From a virus (taxonomy: Duplodnaviria > Caudoviricetes), in the IMG/VR virus record IMGVR_UViG_3300012952_003943, positions 13,003 through 77,002 of that record: DNA of 64,000 nt. One strand, given 5' to 3'. Both the position numbers and the translations under genes were made by a program. Under the pieces are notes generated by a model. It made no database searches. It was not told the origin of the DNA and saw nothing but the letters and a program-made list of their open reading frames with translations. Positions within the stretch are counted from its first letter, which is position 1. The number at the start of each line of letters is the position of its first letter. Below, piece after piece: positions 28,611 through 37,193 of this stretch.

Positions 28611-30455
28611 TTACGATGCGCTACCAACAATGTCAAAATCAGAATATCTAAGCTCAAATATCCCGCCGTCCGGGGGAACTATCATCCCCTTCATCATGTT
28701 AGCCTCTACATTAAAACTAATGTCGCTATATGTTCTATCATCCACAGTCCCTCTAACGTTATTTATAGCAAGGTTCGTGAGGCCTAAGACGTCATCTGTA
28801 TTGATTATGATGTTAACGATATCAGATATCATAATTGGCTGATCAACTTGAAAGTTTTCTACCGTCATAACTTTTTTCAATCTAGAAATACATTTTTGAA
28901 CGACTGCGTTCTTATTTGCTTTTGGATCTGTTACGACTGCAAACTTTATAGAGAAGTTGATTACCTGTGCATCCAAAATATCAAACGCATCGGATATTAG
29001 CCTGAATTCATTTAGATATAGTCTAAGGTTTTTCTTTAAAGCATCCGGAGCAATAACAAGCTGCCTATTAGCATCCCTGCATATTACGAATAGTTGAGAT
29101 GCTAGCGGATTGTTTGGGTTTGATCTTATACCGGCCCTAAACACCCTTCCAAAATTGGGCGGCATTGTATAAATTCTAGAAAGCATATCCTGCTTTGTAA
29201 CAACGCGACTTTGTAGCTGGCGTGTCGCAGGAATTTGTGCTTTCAAATCATTAAGGGTAGGAGCTGGGGAGCCACCGGATGCAGCAGATTTATTATTGAC
29301 GTCAACGGATGCTCTTACTTCGTCCGCAACTGCACTATCAACCCTAGATCTGAATATCATATTCAGTTTGTCTATTGTCCTAATTCCTCCGGCAGCGACG
29401 TTGTGGGATATGCCCCCGCCAAAGCGATACGTGATACTAATCGTCGTATTTAGTGGTGCTATTCCTAATGTTTGTGTTTTTAATAGTGAATTAGGATCTA
29501 TCGAGAATCGACTCATAGTCTTTTTCCCGTATAGCGGTAATGCTAGCTCGCTAGGATCAGGAATTATATCATCGTCCAAAGTTTCTGCATCACCGCCGCC
29601 AAACCGAAGGGTTGTTAGTCTTGTTTGGGCGCTGAACTTTTTTGTAAAGCGGTATGGTGCAGGAAACAGTTCCATGTTTTCTTGTACCAGCTCCGACTCC
29701 TCATTTGCAGTGGGTATCGCCCTAAAAACAACGTCTTGAGCTAAAGAGTCAACCTCGTAATACTCATTTCCTGAAGAGTCTCTGACAGATATTACGTCTG
29801 ATACGTTCTCTTTTAATAATGTTATCTTTCTAAATGCCTTATGAAAATTAGGTATTTTAAAAGACTGAGTAATCTCTTCGCCTGAAATACAAACGCCTTG
29901 CTTTTCTAAGTAGTATGACGCAGGGCTACCGTCTGCATTTGTGGTAGCAATTTTAACTTTGGCAACTAGCGTTCCCGCCTGTGTTAGTTCTGCAAAGTCA
30001 ATATCCTCAACAAGGTTAAACTTTATTCCGCCCTTTGCGGCGAAAACGCTTCCTGCAAGAATAACAGGTAGTGAAGCATATGATGGTCGATAGTCTAGTC
30101 CTGATAGCTCTGAAGGTACTTCGAGGTATACGGATATGTTGGCTACGGCTGGAGCAGCGCCGGTTATCTTTACCCCTGCGCTGCGAAGGTGCCTCATGAT
30201 ATTTTGAGACTCAACCGCAGTACCGGGATTTAGCTCATTAAACTGGTGGTCCAGATAAAATGACATCGTATCTCCGACCATTGCCGCCATATCCAACAGC
30301 AGGCCTCCAAACGATGCTTCTGAGAAGTCTTGGATCTTGTCAGGAAAATAAGTCCTGGCATAACCTAATAGATCAGATCTAAATGAATCAAAATCTCTTG
30401 CAAGGTAAGACCTTCTTCTTTCTTTCTTAAGCTTTTTCTTTATATTAATAGACAA
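28611..30455 (-). CDS. Baseplate wedge subunit, T4 gp6-like (baseplate J superfamily)
   Basis: YLARDFDSFRSDLLGYARTYFPDKIQDFSEASFGGLLLDMAAMVGDTMSFYLDHQFNE; LRFGGG; YRFGGG; QSRVVTKQDMLSRIYTMPPNFG; TTG start. Confidence 0.9.
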   Translation of the reverse strand: MSINIKKKLKKERRRSYLARDFDSFRSDLLGYARTYFPDKIQDFSEASFGGLLLDMAAMVGDTMSFYLDHQFNELNPGTAVESQNIMRHLRSAGVKITGAAPAVANISVYLEVPSELSGLDYRPSYASLPVILAGSVFAAKGGIKFNLVEDIDFAELTQAGTLVAKVKIATTNADGSPASYYLEKQGVCISGEEITQSFKIPNFHKAFRKITLLKENVSDVISVRDSSGNEYYEVDSLAQDVVFRAIPTANEESELVQENMELFPAPYRFTKKFSAQTRLTTLRFGGGDAETLDDDIIPDPSELALPLYGKKTMSRFSIDPNSLLKTQTLGIAPLNTTISITYRFGGGISHNVAAGGIRTIDKLNMIFRSRVDSAVADEVRASVDVNNKSAASGGSPAPTLNDLKAQIPATRQLQSRVVTKQDMLSRIYTMPPNFGRVFRAGIRSNPNNPLASQLFVICRDANRQLVIAPDALKKNLRLYLNEFRLISDAFDILDAQVINFSIKFAVVTDPKANKNAVVQKCISRLKKVMTVENFQVDQPIMISDIVNIIINTDDVLGLTNLAINNVRGTVDDRTYSDISFNVEANMMKGMIVPPDGGIFELRYSDFDIVGSAS

Positions 30456-30459
30456 AATC

Positions 30460-30951
30460 TTACCCCGCTACATACAGCACAACCTGTAAGCCCCTGTTTT
30501 TTACCTGCAACTTTGGTACGTTGTACATAATGTTGATCAGCACCTTTGCGACGTGCTCGTTGTTATTGTGTTCGGCCTTTGTTTCGAACGTAGATAGCTC
30601 AACAAAAGGCATATACTTTCCGACAGTGCGCCCTATTCTGCGGATTGCCTCTGTATCAGCACCCTCTGCTCCTAACTCAAAAGCTAGCTCTGCTAAATTA
30701 CCCCCAAAGTCATATAGGCCGACTCTTTCTCCGTGATTTGTCAGCACAATATTTTTTAAGTTATCATGAACTTGATCTGCTAAAGATTTGTGCATCCTTA
30801 ACAAACCTGAATTGTCTGCTCCAAGCTGCAGTGGCGTCTTAATGCCTATAGGTTTTTCATTTTCACCTGGGCGAGACTTATTGAAGGACTCAATACCTAC
30901 GCCCACGCTCTTAAAGCTATAAACTCGCCTGTTGCCTGAATCTACTGCCAT
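30460..30951 (-). CDS. Baseplate wedge subunit, T4 gp25-like (GPW/gp25 family)
   Basis: QVHDNLKNIVLTNHGERVGLYDFGGNLAELAFE...KYMPFV; adjacent to the gp6-like gene. Confidence 0.9.
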   Translation of the reverse strand: MAVDSGNRRVYSFKSVGVGIESFNKSRPGENEKPIGIKTPLQLGADNSGLLRMHKSLADQVHDNLKNIVLTNHGERVGLYDFGGNLAELAFELGAEGADTEAIRRIGRTVGKYMPFVELSTFETKAEHNNNEHVAKVLINIMYNVPKLQVKNRGLQVVLYVAG

Positions 30952-30978
30952 GTCTTACTCCAAAAGAATACATTGCTA

Positions 30979-30992
30979 CCAATGGTAAATAT
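30979..30992 (-). promoter_or_regulatory. Putative late promoter element ATATTTACCATTGG (copy 2)
   Basis: Exact match to 2817-2830; lies in the 69 bp gap upstream of the gp25-like gene, next to a weak hairpin TAGAAG-CCAAA-CTTCTA (30994-31010). Confidence 0.5.
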
Positions 30993-31020
30993 TTAGAAGC
31001 CAAACTTCTAGGCAGACAAT

Positions 31021-31434
31021 TCATTCAGCCTTCTTATTGCCGAACTTATCTATTTCACCTTGTGTCGGATCTTCCGTGAACTCGTCATCAATCACGAATT
31101 CGGTTGACTTTGTCTCAGGGTTCTCTACCGCACCGGAACCCTCACCTGCCTGTGCGGCTGCGGAGCCCTTTGTTTCCACCAGCGTAGCAACTGTTGGATC
31201 TACTATTTCGCCTGTCATTTCAAGGTGCTCTTCAATAAATGACTTTACAAACTTATAGACTGCTAATGCCGTAAAGTGTGCATATGAATCCATCGCTAGG
31301 TCAGTGTCATCCGGATCAACGGCAGCGGCGCCTTTTGCAACATCCATGGCATCAAGCAACCCCTGCTTGAGATCATGCGTTAGTTCACCTAAACCGGCCG
31401 GCCCATCAAATGAATTATCATCGTAAGTTGCCAT
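31021..31434 (-). CDS. Hypothetical acidic protein (137 aa), baseplate-spike-associated by position
   Basis: SD GGAGA; located between the gp5-like and gp25-like genes. Confidence 0.6.
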   Translation of the reverse strand: MATYDDNSFDGPAGLGELTHDLKQGLLDAMDVAKGAAAVDPDDTDLAMDSYAHFTALAVYKFVKSFIEEHLEMTGEIVDPTVATLVETKGSAAAQAGEGSGAVENPETKSTEFVIDDEFTEDPTQGEIDKFGNKKAE

Positions 31435-31437
31435 AAA

Positions 31438-33219
31438 TTATTCTCCAAATATATTGTCAGACTTCACAGAAGGAATCATTGCCCTTGCTGCCTCTGCCGT
31501 TGAATCGCCTGTTATCCCATTCATCATGCCTTCAATGCCACCCATAAGCACTGACATTCCTATAGAGTTTTGTGCTGGAATACTAATAAATCCCCAGCCT
31601 GCAGCTCCTGCAGATGCCGGGCCTTGCTTTTGAAGTGCATCTCCATTTGCCTGAACGCCTGCTGCGTTGGCAACAATTGCATCACAGATCGTCTCCATAA
31701 GCGCCTCAAATTCAGGGTACCTGATATATGGGCAGCTACTGTTTTCATTTCCAGTCGCGTCGGACCCACATGCTGTCGGGCCTAAAGAAATTGTCTTTGC
31801 GTTGACCTTTAGATCATCCTCCTCGGTATGAACAGACAGACTAGCCTTCGCTCCAGTCCTGCCTAGCCTTATCCTTTCTGCATCAATTTGGACCGTACCG
31901 TCTGGAAGTATCAGGATTGTTGCTAAATCTTCACCGAGAGTACCCTCTTTCACTATTCGGATTGAGCCGTTAATTTCTTTATCTTCATTTTTTCTAGCTA
32001 AGACCCGTATTTCGTCAGACTTTACGACGATGTAGGGAGACTCGTCTACATCTGCTAAGTCTTCGCCCATTGACTCAATTTCTAGATTTTCCTCTAGAGA
32101 TACAGAGAAATTTTTGTCAGCGTCGGTATTCATCGATATGTAAATTCTACCAGAGTCATTTACAAAATCAGGGTCTCCCTCAACTGGATTTGCCAGCCTA
32201 TTTGCCTCCGGAGGAGTAGCTTCAGCCTGGGTTACGATCGGGTTCTTGTCTGTCTCGTCATTTTCTCGTGCATTAACAGCAAATCTAGGAGCAGTCAATT
32301 CAGGTTCTTCACCGTCGGCTTCCGGCAAAAATCTACCTCTACCTACAACAATATCAATCGTGCCGGCATATACTCTTCCTGCCTCCTCCTCTGTCTTAAC
32401 TGCATTGCTTGTATCTGCACCCTCAGCTGTCTCTTCTGACGTCCAGCCTCTATCTTCTCCCAAGCATATTAGCGTGTTGTTTGATCCTTGTATTACCAGA
32501 TCTGCGGAGCGCTTGGTAAATCTAGGAACAACCTCTGGTGTGAATGAGCCATATGATATCGATTCTTCTACGATCGTCTCGTAAGCTTCTTCTTCAGATA
32601 ATGAGAATGAATCAGGGTTTCCGGCACCATTAATAAATGAAGGCGTAGGATCAACTTCTTCTTCTCCAGCCTCTTCTTCACTCTCTGCCGCCGGGGCTTC
32701 TTCTTCTTCCTCACCTTCAGCAGCCTCAGCCTTTTCCCCTGTCGATAACTGGCTAGCGGTATCAAACTTCCTATCACCATGTGTATAGTTTAGATCGTCT
32801 ATAAAATCAGGCTCAGGTATTCTACACATCCAATACCCAACGCCCCCTGGGGTGTCTGGGTTTTCTGTAATGAGCCACACTTGCTCTCCAGCCTTAACTG
32901 GAAAGCATAGGTGAGGAGGGAAAAAGGGATAACAGAGCGTCATTTTTTCGTCGCGCTTATCCTGTCCTGCAGTTACGATTCTCGCAAAAATAGAGTTTCG
33001 TGGACAACTGTCTAAGAAATCCGGATTGTTTAACTGCTCCTTAAATAGCTCCCAATCTTCGGGAGGGTAAAAGCTTATGTCATTAATAACGTCAACAACT
33101 ACAGCACGCTGCAGAATATTTGTACTCTGCTGATCCTGTACTGACTTGAGCTCACCACCAATGTCGGCCTTGCCGGTCGACATTTTTGATACTGCATCTA
33201 CTCCTGCACCTTCAGCCAC
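31438..33219 (-). CDS. Baseplate hub/central spike-like protein (T4 gp5 N-terminal OB-fold-like), no lysozyme domain seen
   Basis: RAVVVDVI...CYPFFPPHLCFPVKAGEQVWLI...GYW resembles gp5/VgrG OB-fold start; beta-rich C-terminal part (IVVKSDEIRVLAR, ILILPDGTVQIDAERIRLG); upstream of gp25. Confidence 0.6.
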   Translation of the reverse strand: MAEGAGVDAVSKMSTGKADIGGELKSVQDQQSTNILQRAVVVDVINDISFYPPEDWELFKEQLNNPDFLDSCPRNSIFARIVTAGQDKRDEKMTLCYPFFPPHLCFPVKAGEQVWLITENPDTPGGVGYWMCRIPEPDFIDDLNYTHGDRKFDTASQLSTGEKAEAAEGEEEEEAPAAESEEEAGEEEVDPTPSFINGAGNPDSFSLSEEEAYETIVEESISYGSFTPEVVPRFTKRSADLVIQGSNNTLICLGEDRGWTSEETAEGADTSNAVKTEEEAGRVYAGTIDIVVGRGRFLPEADGEEPELTAPRFAVNARENDETDKNPIVTQAEATPPEANRLANPVEGDPDFVNDSGRIYISMNTDADKNFSVSLEENLEIESMGEDLADVDESPYIVVKSDEIRVLARKNEDKEINGSIRIVKEGTLGEDLATILILPDGTVQIDAERIRLGRTGAKASLSVHTEEDDLKVNAKTISLGPTACGSDATGNENSSCPYIRYPEFEALMETICDAIVANAAGVQANGDALQKQGPASAGAAGWGFISIPAQNSIGMSVLMGGIEGMMNGITGDSTAEAARAMIPSVKSDNIFGE

Positions 33220-33587
33220 TATGACCCTCCATCAATTTGAGAGAACAGATCATCAGGATCAATTCTTGCAGCTTTTTCTGCTTCCCTAGATATTAACTCT
33301 GCTAACTTTAGTATTTGATCGTTAGACTTATTCATTCTCTCTAAATACTTTGACATGGTGGATCCCAAGCTAATATGCTCAGAAGTACCAGACTGCATTT
33401 GCGTGTATGCATCGGTAAATAGCATGCTAGCATTTTCTCGATCTGTCACCGCATTTTCATAAATTTCTTTCCACAACATTTTCTTCTTGTCTTCTGCAGA
33501 CTCGATTGTTGACAAAAGATCGGCAAACTGCTCTACTTTTTTTTCTGCAGCTTTTCTACGATCCATTAGCTTATCTAACGATGACAT
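33219..33587 (-). CDS. Small helical conserved phage protein (122 aa); terminase small subunit is one unproven possibility
   Basis: All-helical composition (WKEIYENAVTDRENAS..SKYLERMNKSNDQILKLAELI); position next to the sigma gene. Confidence 0.55.
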   Translation of the reverse strand: MSSLDKLMDRRKAAEKKVEQFADLLSTIESAEDKKKMLWKEIYENAVTDRENASMLFTDAYTQMQSGTSEHISLGSTMSKYLERMNKSNDQILKLAELISREAEKAARIDPDDLFSQIDGGS

Positions 33588-33599
33588 ACCATTACCCCT

Positions 33600-34337
33600 T
33601 TAAAAAATATCGTACTCTCCGCCTGTGTGAACTAGTTCCCTATAGTGTTTTCTAATTATTGACATTGCAACTGAGAGCTGCTTAGGCGTAAGCCCTGATA
33701 TATCTCTAACATATACAAACACAGCGCGCTTATTTAGAAAGTCTAAATCATCGATTGACTCGAACACAGTGATGACAGCATTGATGCATTTTATCTCGTT
33801 ATCACCATGAACTCGCCGCTGTATCTCTTTCAATAAAACCATAATGTCATTACGGAATGTGGCTGATATCATGATATCGTCAGGTGCCGGCATTACGTCA
33901 AAGTGTTCTAACGATACCTTGTCACGTCGAGACATCATCTCCGGGGCATCGATACTAACATGCCTTCGATTTCTTTTCTGGTTTCTTCTAGAGTTTATTA
34001 TCAGCCAGTTCTTTGCAACAACATTAAAATACGAGAATGCCTTTGTGCCTCTATCTTCATTCCACTTGTGGATTGTCTCATATAGAAAAGAGACGCAGTC
34101 ACTGCGCAGGTCCTCATATTTCTCACCAGGCTTTGCAAAGCCATAAATAAAAATCAAGTTTTCAGCTAGCTTGGTAAATGCCGGCATGATTTTATCTACG
34201 TACAGCTTTTCTTTTTCGCCCTGTGATTCTGATGCCTGGTATTCTACAATCGCCGCCTGTGTATCTTTGTTAAAATACATGTTTGACGGCCCGCTACCAC
34301 GCTTACGACGAATTCTTCTTTTAACTTTCTTTGCCAA
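33600..34337 (-). CDS. Phage RNA polymerase sigma factor, T4 gp55-like (late transcription)
   Basis: YFNKDTQAAIVEY; DLRSDCVSFLYETIHKWNEDRGTKAFSYFNVVAKNWL (sigma region 2-like); TTG start with GGAG SD. Confidence 0.75.
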   Translation of the reverse strand: MAKKVKRRIRRKRGSGPSNMYFNKDTQAAIVEYQASESQGEKEKLYVDKIMPAFTKLAENLIFIYGFAKPGEKYEDLRSDCVSFLYETIHKWNEDRGTKAFSYFNVVAKNWLIINSRRNQKRNRRHVSIDAPEMMSRRDKVSLEHFDVMPAPDDIMISATFRNDIMVLLKEIQRRVHGDNEIKCINAVITVFESIDDLDFLNKRAVFVYVRDISGLTPKQLSVAMSIIRKHYRELVHTGGEYDIF

Positions 34338-34650
34338 CTACGTCTCCTGCATTGGGATCATCAATAGTAAATTCTGCCTCGTCAATTGTTGTAAGTGATC
34401 TAGCAATATCTAAAATAGACTCCCTAGTATCCTTTACATCATCCAACACAGAACGTATTTCAGCACTATCATAAAATAAAGGAATTTCTAAAACCTTGGA
34501 TATACTAGCGTATCGCTCATCCAAAATATCTAAAGAATCCTCAATTGAGTCCTGAACTTTCAGCACTATCTTTCCCATTTTGATGTTCAAATATATAGAT
34601 ATTGCCAACAAAACTACCAGGGCTGCAATTATGGTCCAAAAAATCCACAT
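34321..34650 (-). CDS. Single-pass membrane protein (109 aa)
   Basis: N-terminal hydrophobic helix WIFWTIIAALVVLLAISIYL followed by a helical/acidic soluble part. Confidence 0.7.
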   Translation of the reverse strand: MWIFWTIIAALVVLLAISIYLNIKMGKIVLKVQDSIEDSLDILDERYASISKVLEIPLFYDSAEIRSVLDDVKDTRESILDIARSLTTIDEAEFTIDDPNAGDVVGKES

Positions 34651-34655
34651 CTACG

Positions 34656-35819
34656 TTAACCCTCGAAATATTTACCCAGCTTTTTTTCATACAATACGTT
34701 GATTGCATCCTGTGAATACTCTGCTGTTAGTGTTTTGCTTAAATCTTTTGCCCACTTTTGAGGGAGCTCTGGAGACTTTCGGAACTTTCTTAACCTAAAC
34801 TTCGCATGATTTTCATCAACTGCTGCCCACCTAGCACCCTTCATAAAAATTTGTCCATCTATACGGGACTCATGAACGTTCTCCATCCTATACTTTACAC
34901 CTAAAAATCTACCTCTATTTAAGAAATCTAGGTGGCCTGACCACTCTGTAGCTATGACAGGCACACCGGCGACTGCAGCCTCCAGCAAGGGTAAACCATA
35001 TCCCTCGCCACGTGTAAACGACAGTAACGCTTTAATTTGTGGGTGAGAATACAGAGATGATATCTCAGCCTCTGTCATTGTACCGTGCAAAAAATGAACC
35101 TTTGGATAGGGACCTGATCGCGTCTCTGATATTAGTTGCTTAAGCATTTTTTGAGTTACGTTGTGATCTATTGTAGTATTTCTACCTGAATTTGTCTTTA
35201 ATACTATTCCGACATCCGGATCATCTTTAAACTCTTCACAGAGCCACTTGATGGTGTAGTACAGGTTTTTTCTATCATTTTCAGGATTATTTCCTGTGAT
35301 TTGACCAAAGACGAGAAAGTTAAATGGCGTTGAAAACTCTACATCAAAATCTTCTTTTTTAGGAGAAACGATGGAGTCATAGTATGACTCAGGAATAACA
35401 TGGATGCGGGTTTTTGTTTGTCCAGTATTCTCTATAGTCCTCTTGACAAATGTAGATGGAACGACAACTTCATCCATCTTATCACAACACTCTAGCCACG
35501 CAGGATTACAAATGTCTGTCTCTACAAATGCCGAAATCCCAATATTCTTTTTGCCTACCGAAGGATCCCACTCGTTAGGTAATTGAACCTGTATCGATAT
35601 GTCGCCACGTGCCTCCAGCGGACCTGATCGTTGCATGATTTCGCCTATCAGGCCGCCCTCCATTTCTGGATTAATCATCCAGCTTGTGATTCCCCACGGG
35701 ACGATTTGTGTAATAACCTCTATATCATTATGGGTCATTAGCCACTTGAATACTTGGCGAGAATGGTTTCCGTAACCTGAATACGACAGCAGTGGGGCTC
35801 TTAGTATGACTTTTTTCAT
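34656..35819 (-). CDS. GT-B fold (GT4-like) glycosyltransferase (387 aa)
   Basis: SYSGYGNHSR N-terminal loop; FTRGEGYGLPLLEAAVAGVPVIATEWSGHLDF nucleotide-sugar-binding motif. Confidence 0.85.
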   Translation of the reverse strand: MKKVILRAPLLSYSGYGNHSRQVFKWLMTHNDIEVITQIVPWGITSWMINPEMEGGLIGEIMQRSGPLEARGDISIQVQLPNEWDPSVGKKNIGISAFVETDICNPAWLECCDKMDEVVVPSTFVKRTIENTGQTKTRIHVIPESYYDSIVSPKKEDFDVEFSTPFNFLVFGQITGNNPENDRKNLYYTIKWLCEEFKDDPDVGIVLKTNSGRNTTIDHNVTQKMLKQLISETRSGPYPKVHFLHGTMTEAEISSLYSHPQIKALLSFTRGEGYGLPLLEAAVAGVPVIATEWSGHLDFLNRGRFLGVKYRMENVHESRIDGQIFMKGARWAAVDENHAKFRLRKFRKSPELPQKWAKDLSKTLTAEYSQDAINVLYEKKLGKYFEG

Positions 35820-35826
35820 TTTATTC

Positions 35827-37077
35827 CTACAGCGTTTTTAAAGACCAGCGGGCCCTCTTCTCTTGAAACTTATTGTACGTCGAAGTAAGTGTATCATGCC
35901 ACATATCAATGACGTTATCGTAGTTAAACTCATAGTCAGCATATGCCTTTGCCTTCTGGCCTAACTCTCTCCTACCATCCGGTCCGGCTTCATACATTTT
36001 CATCCATGCACCTGCAATTGTCTCTACGCTGGTATAGTCCTCGTATATGTAAGGAACATTTTGAGAACCGACCAGTGTCCTTAGCTCGACAGGGAGCGCG
36101 ACACCATTTTCTGTCCCATCTCTATGATCTACGACCTGGCGAGTTTGACCCCCTGTCTTTACGGCTACAATTGGCGTGCCGGTCATCATAGCCTCAAGCG
36201 TCGATAAACCGAAACCCTCTGCATAGCTTATGTTTGTCACAACATCTGCGATATTGTGCAAAATATTCATTTGCTCAAACTCTATGCGGTCTGTTGAAAA
36301 GACAACGTTAGGCACTATGTTGAGGTACTCTGCACATGCTAACAGGTTAGGGCCCTCTGTATCCTTGGGATCAGTATGCAATAAAAGTGTAGCATTCTTA
36401 TGGCCATGGGTTTGTTCTAAATTGTCTAAAAACATCTTCCATGCCCACAGCACATCATTAGGACGCTTGCGCTTTGCGTTTCTGTTTACCCAAAAGACAA
36501 CAAAGTGATCTTTGCGATCCGGGCCAAGAACTTGAGGCTTCCAATTCTTTATTTCTTCTTGGGAAAGCTCATGATATATTCCTTTTGGAAATGCATGAGG
36601 AACAAAGTTGGATTTTTCCGGATGCTCTTCAGCACAGATTTCATAAGTCACATATGAATGACAATTTATAAGATCTGTAGCCTCATAAAGAACATCGTTA
36701 AAAGAAGGCCGAGGATTATTATCCCAAACATGCCACCATGCAATTGGGCACACCTGATGGATTTCATCTTCCATCTCAAAGAGCCAGATGAAAAACCTTG
36801 GATCTGTAAAAATTAGCAAGACATCAGGCTTTTCTGTCGCTAGTGTTAATCGTAAAAGATCTCTATTTCCAAACCCATCAATTGGCTTGATAATGAAGTC
36901 TTCGTTAACGATCTGTGTCTCATAACTAAGATGCTTAACAGCCGCACCGAACTGTCTAAAAGTCCACTCGCCAGGATACTTCTTTAAAAGTCCCTCGATT
37001 AAAAACCTAGTTTGCACGCCGACGCCTGAAGTACTCAATGCGTGGTCTGATAGTACTAAAACTTTTTTCTTTTTCAT
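35827..37077 (-). CDS. GT-B fold (GT4-like) glycosyltransferase (about 416 aa)
   Basis: SDHALSTSGVG; NRNAKRKRP; SYAEGFGLSTLEAMMTGTPIVAVKTGG; probable ATG start 37077. Confidence 0.85.
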   Translation of the reverse strand: MKKKKVLVLSDHALSTSGVGVQTRFLIEGLLKKYPGEWTFRQFGAAVKHLSYETQIVNEDFIIKPIDGFGNRDLLRLTLATEKPDVLLIFTDPRFFIWLFEMEDEIHQVCPIAWWHVWDNNPRPSFNDVLYEATDLINCHSYVTYEICAEEHPEKSNFVPHAFPKGIYHELSQEEIKNWKPQVLGPDRKDHFVVFWVNRNAKRKRPNDVLWAWKMFLDNLEQTHGHKNATLLLHTDPKDTEGPNLLACAEYLNIVPNVVFSTDRIEFEQMNILHNIADVVTNISYAEGFGLSTLEAMMTGTPIVAVKTGGQTRQVVDHRDGTENGVALPVELRTLVGSQNVPYIYEDYTSVETIAGAWMKMYEAGPDGRRELGQKAKAYADYEFNYDNVIDMWHDTLTSTYNKFQEKRARWSLKTL

Positions 37078-37125
37078 ATTCTGCAATTACCTTAGAATCG
37101 AACCTTAATAAACTAATACGATAAA

Positions 37126-37149
37126 GTGCAAAAGTTAATTCTTGTGCAC
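37126..37149. promoter_or_regulatory. Imperfect palindrome in the 116 bp intergenic gap
   Basis: GTGCAAAAG-TTAATT-CTTGTGCAC: 9 bp arms with one mismatch; function unknown. Confidence 0.3.
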
Positions 37150-37193
37150 AATAGAACTATGCGTATTTAATTGTATCTAAGGGGTGTGCAGAG

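Noticed and set aside
28611-33219. Bacterial eCIS/T6SS locus
   Set aside because: No Tss membrane complex, AAA ATPase or typical Afp/PVC order is seen; a gp55-like sigma and huge-phage-type structural genes surround it. Sheath, tube and capsid genes are outside the window, so this is not formally excluded.
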